A DNA stretch of 24,934 nt from assembly GCA_043737435.1 (NCBI GenBank), contig JAYTAO010000283.1, forward strand, positions 1 to 24,934, given 5' to 3'. This document shows, piece after piece, positions 10,901-16,283 of the stretch. Origin of the DNA: Rhodanobacteraceae bacterium (GTDB taxonomy: Bacteria; Pseudomonadota; Gammaproteobacteria; Xanthomonadales; SZUA-5). Below the pieces are notes generated by a model. That model saw nothing but the letters and a program-made list of their open reading frames with translations. It did no database searches and was not told the DNA's origin. A program made the position numbers and the translations under genes. Within the stretch, counting starts at the first letter, position 1. Each line of letters starts with the position of its first letter.

Positions 10901-12716
10901 GATTGACAACCTTGTTAATTACGCAGGCGAAGTGTCGATTTATCGATCACGGCTTGAGGCTCAAATTGGCGGTTTTAGATTTAATTTGCAGGAATTCGAT
11001 CAAACAGTTTTGCGGTTGCGTGATCAGTTGCGTAAATTGGAAATGGAAACCGAAGCGCAGATTCTTTCGCGCTATCAACGGGAAGAAACCAAAAAGGATA
11101 TTGGTTTTGACCCCTTGGAGCTGGATCGCTTCTCGACGTTGCAGCAGCTTTCCAGGGCTCTCGCTGAGTCCGTGTCTGACTTAGTGTCGCTGCAGAATTT
11201 AATGGATGATATTGCACGACAGTCCGAAACGTTGTTATTGCAGCAGTCGCGAGTTAGTACTGAATTGCAAGAAGGCTTGATGCGTACGCGCATGGTTCCT
11301 TTCGACTCCTTGGTTCCTCGTTTGCGCCGAATCATGCGTCAAACTGGCGGGGAATTGGGCAAAAGAGCTGCGCTTAAAGTTGAAGGTGCTCAGGGCGAAA
11401 TGGATCGAACGGTGTTAGACCGAATGACCGCGCCGTTGGAACATATGTTGCGCAACGCGCTTGCTCACGGTTTGGAATTGCCACACGTTCGGCGTGCAGC
11501 TGGCAAGCCTGAAGAAGGAACGGTCACGGTTTCGGTATCGCGGGAGGCGACGGAAGTTGTGATCAAAGTGAGTGATGACGGCCGAGGCATGGATCGCGAC
11601 GCTATTCGTAGCAAAGCAATCGAGCGCGGCTTACTTAGAGCAGACGCGCAGCTTTCAGACCGCGATTTATTTCAGTTCGTTCTTGAAGCTGGGTTTTCTA
11701 CAGCGGAAACGGTGAGCAAGATTTCTGGTCGTGGTGTTGGCATGGATGTTGTCAACTCGGAAATCAAGCAGTTAGGCGGGTCGCTGCTGATTGATTCTGT
11801 AAAAGGTGTTGGCTCTGTATTTTCGGTGCGGTTGCCTTTCACTTTATCTGTCACGCAGGCAATTCTAATCAAGTTGGCAGACACACCCTACGCAGTGCCG
11901 CTTTCGTCGGTTCAGGGCGTTATGCGGATGCCTCGAAAAGAGCTTGACCGCCGTATCGCCAGTAGCGATATGGATGTCACGTACGCGGGTGAGATTTATC
12001 AAATATATGATCTAGGGGAATTGATTCGTCAGCCGATCGCATATGCGAAAGACGAGTCGCAAGTGCCTTTTGTGATGACTAAATCCGGCGATCAGCGTGC
12101 AGCGGTTCGTGTTAGTCAAGTCGTTGGCTCCAAAGAAGTGGTTGTGAAGGCAGTCGGCGCACAACTCAGTTCCGTTCCTGGATTTTTTGGTGCCACCATC
12201 ATGGGCGATGGTTCAGTCATCGTCATTTTGGATTTGGCACCTCTGGTTCGGCACGGGGCAGCCTTACGTCAAGCGCCGGAGCTTGCGTCTGAACTAGATT
12301 TAGACGTCGTGGTAACGGCCCCAGTTGAAATTCGCCGTCAGAAGCTTGTCATGGTGGTAGATGACTCCATAACAATGCGTAAAGTCACGACGCGGGTGTT
12401 GGAACGAAACGATATGGAAGTCATTACCGCAAAGGACGGCCTTGACGCAGTTGAACAACTGCAAGACCGCGTTCCTGATCTGATGTTGCTGGATATCGAA
12501 ATGCCACGGATGGATGGCTATGAGTTGGCAACCTACGTGAAGAATGATAGTCGCCTTAAACATGTGCCGATTATTATGATTACCTCGCGTACTGGCGAAA
12601 AACACCGTCAGCGAGCCATGGAAATTGGTGTCGAGCGCTATTTGGGCAAGCCTTATCAAGAAGTTGACCTTCTAAAAAATGTCATGGAGTCGCTCAATGG
12701 CGTTAACGCAAAGTAG
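4953..12716 (+). CDS. chpA: Chemosensory pili system hybrid histidine kinase ChpA/PilL (multi-Hpt, HATPase, CheW, REC), 2587 aa
   Basis: FimL-like N-terminus (HQVQGTLRMVE, H51) and Hpt motifs RSFHTLKGSG (H938), AVHTLNGA (H1190), RELHTLKGGARM (H1820). HATPase boxes EHMLRNALAHG, DDGRGMD and GFSTAE..SGRGVGMDVV, CheW domain (GATIMGDGSVIVILD), and C-terminal REC (VVDDSITMRKV...LLDIEMPRMDGYEL). Confidence 0.96.
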   Translation: MNDPNDIDFTTLNWVKQELDETLKQARQALEAYVEDQSDKTQLKYCSTYMHQVQGTLRMVELYGAAMVVEEMEKVTLAIVDGQIKQTDDMLEVIMRGLVQMPDYLGRLQGGHRDIPIVLLPLLNDLRACRSEKLLTETALFSPNLNVGLPSSAVGANEATPAAAMRASASKLRLAYQFGLLKWIKGDDVDGNLGRLIAILDRLRSMSVQVDARRLWWIASGVVEGVLLKALEPSVAVKLLYGRLDREIKRIVDIGEADFDRLAPVELTKSLLYYAAHSENKGPRIAEIKQLYKLETLLPTQSEIEHANSALSGRNKALLDTVGAAIKEDIMRVKDGLDMFLRGPQSNVGDLATQGETLQRVADTLGVLGLGIPRKVVIEQRDIITNIIVGKLAAEEQALLDVAGALLFVESSLDDYIDRLGQGQNDQLANAATLKGLELPQAEVRRILDATMKEATINLSQAKQDIVAFIESPWDHGKIEGIPKLLEEISGALRMLNMPEPAELNDGVTRFIEVELLKHRRVPTSEQLDLMADALASIEYYLEAIREARPNRDRILEVTRRSLEALGYWPVPDPNALGTAGSLDGAPASNEFVAFPDDFQASRIDSFALEPIVTKNERPYAQDNEPVLSLSDIPLTEVAAMAATPLDTELDLSGFVLIESASKSADWQSEMELPTLAELTAPAGISVAEVVNSAESNDVVESQQPVISSNEEIPVQEIVELDTGISDADSAFSDFDLSMLDQEPADSNVVDFPDFNDLDSSSVNESVFVSAELQQLDAFAEPDLAQAEVDVFSLDGLIGEDFAAEVVLNAQPTVAAISVEEPAFDFSALESEPTLPEPEIVASETTFDVAALEAFEFELPKVDVPVIQKVESPAKKTDHPSISSGFQMVPSDDIDDEIREVFVEEVQDELFGLAKSLPAWKADQNDFEKLKPVRRSFHTLKGSGRLVGALAMGEFSWKIENMLNRVLDKTIPVSPAVLACLDEAIAVLPQLLSGLKGEGNPTGNIGGIMYVADRISAGEEIFLPKNEPVPTAEHATEVLVATQAAAGAVPLDERVQIEVVNVFPEKLPEKNLLAETRESVEAPQQMGEFASLLGENVVEIETPVSADVVGVTGEYEVVGGNSFDVVEGAPEQLGHSSPGLPDALANDPVLIDILKSESASHVTVIRAYVAQVRQSGANSPVSEALLRAVHTLNGAIAMVDLPFVSNVLAPLEGYLKRLKNTTGFVDDRGIEALSSTGDLVERMIKGIELGDVSNIDSTELEHVVIGLRDNLPEPEVQLFHSMLGDDFDSSVLDTELSEEIDIEPALPTAQSPWSDNNSKIALPLPELNLSVEQPIAELERPVEDLEPAIAVSELPIAQLEPPIAELELSAIDSLENAERDQALDISGSSTLDMDDLELYSVSDLSEYDLPDQVSLGVDGELLGRSERLVADLARLEEQAFAPITADEIGARASDVSNDQAKLLEVEILDLTFLDDAIEPTAASPHQSYSAESDFAVPVSAPDPDIFADLSFFETYTETPLIETENFIPILVDDIPTEKHEQELIGLDELSASESSDAFSELDVANLDTQDAFADLGLFDELEISDFNSASPASNKAANSSATEPQTTELVDNLKPLFGQIRTDFANLNTLDLASLDPSVSEDDLDGEVFSLSEKPRLDDLNVESVADLESLFSDDLDDFLTAPVNEVLPHRETSEQMMPDVDAGQVLAPVEHSNFLDLDTKLFEPVSVTHDTAALIDSAIETSLAEARAVSSIMAQRVVPIVSDFDPPGPLVLADPDEELLEIFVQEGADILDTSDNMMARLRETPNDFDIVVGLQRELHTLKGGARMAGVNPIGDLSHSMESLFEAIVDKRANNSVVTMEALERSFDRLHQMVTRVGKRQAIGQPVNIIARLDALLDGDDDQFIVAPDVSAPADLLPVEPSARATVLPASPVSTGKTEPAPQAATAKSAPEAAPRAERKTALDEDDGGQRQQQESIRVRADLIDNLVNYAGEVSIYRSRLEAQIGGFRFNLQEFDQTVLRLRDQLRKLEMETEAQILSRYQREETKKDIGFDPLELDRFSTLQQLSRALAESVSDLVSLQNLMDDIARQSETLLLQQSRVSTELQEGLMRTRMVPFDSLVPRLRRIMRQTGGELGKRAALKVEGAQGEMDRTVLDRMTAPLEHMLRNALAHGLELPHVRRAAGKPEEGTVTVSVSREATEVVIKVSDDGRGMDRDAIRSKAIERGLLRADAQLSDRDLFQFVLEAGFSTAETVSKISGRGVGMDVVNSEIKQLGGSLLIDSVKGVGSVFSVRLPFTLSVTQAILIKLADTPYAVPLSSVQGVMRMPRKELDRRIASSDMDVTYAGEIYQIYDLGELIRQPIAYAKDESQVPFVMTKSGDQRAAVRVSQVVGSKEVVVKAVGAQLSSVPGFFGATIMGDGSVIVILDLAPLVRHGAALRQAPELASELDLDVVVTAPVEIRRQKLVMVVDDSITMRKVTTRVLERNDMEVITAKDGLDAVEQLQDRVPDLMLLDIEMPRMDGYELATYVKNDSRLKHVPIIMITSRTGEKHRQRAMEIGVERYLGKPYQEVDLLKNVMESLNGVNAK
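8946..9071 (+). repeat. 21-bp (7-aa) coding tandem repeat, about 6 copies, in a ChpA linker
   Basis: gagcaaccgattgcagagttg / gagcgaccggttgaagactta / gagccggcgattgccgtttcg / gaacttccgattgcacagttg / gagccacctattgcagagttg / gagctatccgccatagactct = EQPIAEL ERPVEDL EPAIAVS ELPIAQL EPPIAEL ELSAIDS. Confidence 0.85.
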
Positions 12717-14850
12717 CGGTGTGGCAGTGCGCGCTGGCTTGGTATTTCAGGCAGTCGGGCTAAATGAGCACCTAAAAATTGCACTTCGCGAAGCTGGCGT
12801 GAATGTCGTAGTCGAAATTATTGCGAATGCGCTGTCGTTAGATAAAATTCGAGAAGCAAACCTGGACGTGTTTGTGGTCAATCTTGATCCAGAGCTTGAA
12901 GATAGCCTGGAAGAGCTTACTGACATGCTGGATCAGATGCGCAGGCCGGTTATTTTTAATGATGGCGCAGCCTCGTCTGGTTTATCAGGCTGGGACCAAG
13001 CCCGCTGGGCACGTCACCTTGCCGCAAAAATAACCGGGGAGCTGGATGCGTCTCCGCCGCGGCCTTTAGATGCAAAATCGATTCCGGTACCGTTGAGAGC
13101 AGTGCCACCCGCGGTAAAACTCGCGCCAGTGTTGCCGAACCCAGCTTCTTCCTTGGCAAGTATTCCCGACGCTGCTGTTGCAGTGAAAGAAGTAAAGCCT
13201 GCAAGTAGTCCTCTCAACCCAACGGTTGCCGCGAGTCTGGCGCCGCCGGATGCTGTTGTTCTTGAGGAAGTATTTGCCGAGCTTGACTTTGATTTTGATA
13301 ACGTAACACCAGCTGTTACGGCAAATCTCGATGATGAAGAATCTGGACTTGAAGGGTTTGATGCGTCGGCTTTTGACATGCCGGAATCCAACTCGCCAAA
13401 TTTTGTTGGGGAAGAGCTAAATGATCTTGACGAGCTTTTCCGAGATAGTGCTCAGGCTGCTGAAAAAACTGAAGCAAATGTCACTAGTACTTCGAAAAAA
13501 CCTGCACAGGCAGATCTAATTCTCTCTCGTACGCCTAATGCTCCATCTAGAACGGAAAACGTTGTTCTGGCTGAGCAAGCCAACCAAACAAAGGTTGCCG
13601 AAAAGCCAAAGTCTGATCTGAGTGCGTTGAGCTGGTCACTTGAGCCACTCGAGGGTGAAACCCCTGCGACAGTCCCTACCGGCAGAGCTGTTTTTGTTGC
13701 AAAAGAGGTGCTGCCTAGCGCTGAAGTGGCATCAAAAGAGGCTGTTAAGCTTGCACCTGTTCCTCTCGGACAACATGATTCAAATGAATTAGGCGATTTT
13801 GATTTTTTCTTAGAGCCGGATGAAGCGCCGCTGGTACCTGTTCAGGAAATTATTTCAACCCCAACATCCGCAGCAATCACCAAGCGTCTTCCGGCGATTC
13901 AACTGCCTACCAACAACAATGCTCCTGATGTTCGCACCGAGGTGCCTGGTCTGGCATTGGGCGAGGAGATGTCGGAATTTGACGCGTTGTTTGCTGATCT
14001 AAACGATTTGTCGCCAGTAACTATGCCAGCGACTAATTCTGCTGAATTCGACACACCTGTTTTAAAGGACTTTGATTCTGCATTTGATTCTTCGGGTTTA
14101 GATTTTGACCTTGATTTCGAAGTGGGTGCGCCGAGTAGTCCGAATATCATCGAAAAAGACGAAGACTTTGCCGATTTGGATGCCCTGTTCGCAGAATCAC
14201 CGGTAGCTGCAACACCGCAAGCAGCCACCAAAAGCTCTGCTTCTATAAAAACAGCGAATCCGCCTGCCACACAGATTGGCCCGGCTCGCGTTTTCGTCCT
14301 AGGAGCATCAATTGGTGGTCCTGAAGCGGTGCGAAGCTTCCTCAGTAAGCTTAAGCCAAAGCTCCCGGCGGCGTTTGTTTTAGCGCAGCACATGGGTGCT
14401 GAGTTTTTAGAACTTATGACTAGTCAGCTTGCAAAAGCCTCCTCAATGCCAGTTCGGCTCGCAAAGCCGGGAGAAGTTTTCGCTGCGGGTGAAATCGTGG
14501 TGGTTCCGGTGAATCAGCGTTTTCTGGTCGATCAGCAAAGCGTCATTCAATTTGCACCATTGCCAACAGAATCGCCGTACAGCCCTTCAATTGATCAGGT
14601 GATGATGGATATGGCGGATCGGTTTGGGCAGCGTTGTACCGGAATAATTTTTAGCGGCATGGCGTCGGATGCAATTGAGGGGGCGAAATATCTCTCCTCC
14701 CGCGGTGCAAAAGTTTGGGTGCAAGACCCAGCGACCTGCGTCATAAGCTCAATGATTGATGGTGCGCAAGCTGCGGGAGTGGTTAGTTTTGTCGGCGCGC
14801 CGGAACAGCTTGCAGATCATGTTTTGGATGAATTGGGTGGCTTGAACTAA
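12697..14850 (+). CDS. chpB: ChpB: N-terminal pseudo-receiver-like domain, long acidic linker, C-terminal CheB methylesterase; ~717 aa
   Basis: C-terminal LGASIGGPEA (Ser at 14308), AQHMG (His) and SGMASDA (Asp) form the CheB triad, followed by QDPATCVISSM. ATG 12697 is preferred over 12679 because GGAG at 12686-12689 sits 7 nt upstream. The gene overlaps the chpA stop (12714-12716). Confidence 0.9.
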   Translation: MALTQSSGVAVRAGLVFQAVGLNEHLKIALREAGVNVVVEIIANALSLDKIREANLDVFVVNLDPELEDSLEELTDMLDQMRRPVIFNDGAASSGLSGWDQARWARHLAAKITGELDASPPRPLDAKSIPVPLRAVPPAVKLAPVLPNPASSLASIPDAAVAVKEVKPASSPLNPTVAASLAPPDAVVLEEVFAELDFDFDNVTPAVTANLDDEESGLEGFDASAFDMPESNSPNFVGEELNDLDELFRDSAQAAEKTEANVTSTSKKPAQADLILSRTPNAPSRTENVVLAEQANQTKVAEKPKSDLSALSWSLEPLEGETPATVPTGRAVFVAKEVLPSAEVASKEAVKLAPVPLGQHDSNELGDFDFFLEPDEAPLVPVQEIISTPTSAAITKRLPAIQLPTNNNAPDVRTEVPGLALGEEMSEFDALFADLNDLSPVTMPATNSAEFDTPVLKDFDSAFDSSGLDFDLDFEVGAPSSPNIIEKDEDFADLDALFAESPVAATPQAATKSSASIKTANPPATQIGPARVFVLGASIGGPEAVRSFLSKLKPKLPAAFVLAQHMGAEFLELMTSQLAKASSMPVRLAKPGEVFAAGEIVVVPVNQRFLVDQQSVIQFAPLPTESPYSPSIDQVMMDMADRFGQRCTGIIFSGMASDAIEGAKYLSSRGAKVWVQDPATCVISSMIDGAQAAGVVSFVGAPEQLADHVLDELGGLN

Positions 14851-14923
14851 AACAATTGTTGGAGGAAATCTACTGGGATTTTCCTGACTGATAAATTGTG
14901 TAAAAAACTATTGGATTGAATGC

Positions 14924-15418
14924 ATGGACAATGTCGTTGTAGAGCAAAAGCGAGAAATTCGCGGCTTGATGATTCCGATCACCAATGGCCGCGTGCTCAT
15001 GCCGAACGCAAATGTGTCTGAAGTAATTACTTTGTCTACGCCCGAGCGGGTGCCGAATGCGCCAGATTGGTTGCTTGGACGAGTTGCTTGGCGGGGTTGG
15101 AAATTACCGCTAATTTCATTTTCACTTTTGGCGGGCCTCGCGCTGGACGAGCGAGCCACCGGAGGTCGGGTTTGCGTGATGAAAGCTCTAAGCGGTCATC
15201 CGCGAATGCCATTCATTGCGCTGTTGGCGCAAGGCTTCCCTCGATTGACCACGATCAACATAGATGAACTGGTGCCGTTGGGCGATAGTTTCGGCCGCGT
15301 CGGAGTAAAGATGGATTTAATGCTGCGTGATGACCAGGCCGTCATTCCGGATTTGGAAAAAATTGAACAGATGATTTTTGAGGCGATTAGTGCGCCTATA
15401 GCTGGAATTGCGGCATAG
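14924..15418 (+). CDS. chpC: CheW-like protein ChpC, 164 aa
   Basis: EIRGLMIP..RVLMPNANVSEVI and PDWLLGRVAWRGWKLPLISF match the ChpC/CheW pattern. It is the last gene of the cluster, after chpB. Confidence 0.88.
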   Translation: MDNVVVEQKREIRGLMIPITNGRVLMPNANVSEVITLSTPERVPNAPDWLLGRVAWRGWKLPLISFSLLAGLALDERATGGRVCVMKALSGHPRMPFIALLAQGFPRLTTINIDELVPLGDSFGRVGVKMDLMLRDDQAVIPDLEKIEQMIFEAISAPIAGIAA

Positions 15419-15470
15419 CCTCGCTTATTTTTTAAGTCGGAGTGACGTGGGCAAAATTAGATTAAAAGTG

Positions 15471-15499
15471 TTGTCATTGCGTCGCTAAGGCGCTAAGTT
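15471..15499 (+). promoter_or_regulatory. Candidate sigma70 promoter (TTGTCA-N17-TAAGTT) abutting the 15505 start codon
   Basis: -35 TTGTCA at 15471-15476, a 17-nt spacer, and -10 TAAGTT at 15494-15499 (keeps TAnnnT). The ATG follows 5 nt later with no SD. Confidence 0.4.
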
Positions 15500-15504
15500 T
15501 TGTC

Positions 15505-16176
15505 ATGAAATTTTTGAAACCCATGATTCGACAATCTTTTTGGCTGGCGATTCTGTCGCTTGCATGCAATCTGGTGCTCGCTCAAGCGCCAACTCAGGTG
15601 CGATATGCGAATCTTTATCACGCACTAGAACCCAGCTTAGTTATTTCGCGATTTGATCGACTTTTGGCGCATCAGCGGATTGTCTCGCGCCAGAGTAATG
15701 TATTACCCAGTCAAATTGCAGTTAGGATTTTGGCGGCCTCTGGCGTAATTCTTGTGAAAGTGGGGCAGGACGGCAGCGTTAATTTTCCAATGACGCAGGA
15801 TTTACTGGCGGAAAATCCGACTGTGGAAACCAACCAAGTAAAAGGTTCATTGAGCTTAAGTTGCACAATGGAAATCAAACTTGGGCAAAGTAAAGTGGTG
15901 CAGTACGCAGAACTTTATAAAAGCGCGCTGCAAGCGCAACAAGCGATCGCCGTACTTGGTCATGGGATGACTGGGCGCAAAGTTCGAAGTATTGAATTTG
16001 AGTTTGATCCCTCACTTAGTGCGCGCGCAGAGCTAGTTAATAGCGATGCGGAGGAGTTGTTTTTGGCGGATAAGCAGGGATTGCTGATCCTGCGCGTTGA
16101 TGAAGCATTGGTCAACGCGAAAGCAAAAGTCACATTTTCCAATTTCCCAATCGCTGCCAGGCCACATATAGACTGA
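15505..16176 (+). CDS. Secreted/periplasmic hypothetical protein, possibly DUF2987-like, 223 aa
   Basis: Long ORF filling the chpC-dnaX gap with a Sec-type signal peptide (MKFLKP...FWLAILSLACNLVLA|QAP). The DUF2987 resemblance (DGSVNFP...LLAENP..ETNQ.KG) is from memory only and unverified. Confidence 0.75.
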   Translation: MKFLKPMIRQSFWLAILSLACNLVLAQAPTQVRYANLYHALEPSLVISRFDRLLAHQRIVSRQSNVLPSQIAVRILAASGVILVKVGQDGSVNFPMTQDLLAENPTVETNQVKGSLSLSCTMEIKLGQSKVVQYAELYKSALQAQQAIAVLGHGMTGRKVRSIEFEFDPSLSARAELVNSDAEELFLADKQGLLILRVDEALVNAKAKVTFSNFPIAARPHID

Positions 16177-16283
16177 CAATTTATTAGCGCACTTAGCTAA
16201 TTAAGTTGCCGTTGATACAAAAAAAATCGGCAGACGCAGCGTCGAAATAATTTCTACACAGACAGGCATATGGAAGTTGAGCT

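Noticed and set aside
12674-12679. A6 run near the chpA end that might fuse ChpA to ChpB
   Set aside because: Fusion would need a +1 shift with no stimulator in view. chpB has its own SD and ATG at 12697.
14851-14890. Palindrome AACAATTGTT and imperfect hairpin GGAAATC..GATTTTCC after chpB
   Set aside because: The stem is weak and bulged, with no proper U-tract. It cannot be supported as a terminator, and the GGAGGA there has no start codon at a suitable spacing.
16219-16226. A8 tract upstream of dnaX as a phase-variable promoter spacer
   Set aside because: No matching -35/-10 pair brackets it, and phase variation of an essential gene is unlikely.
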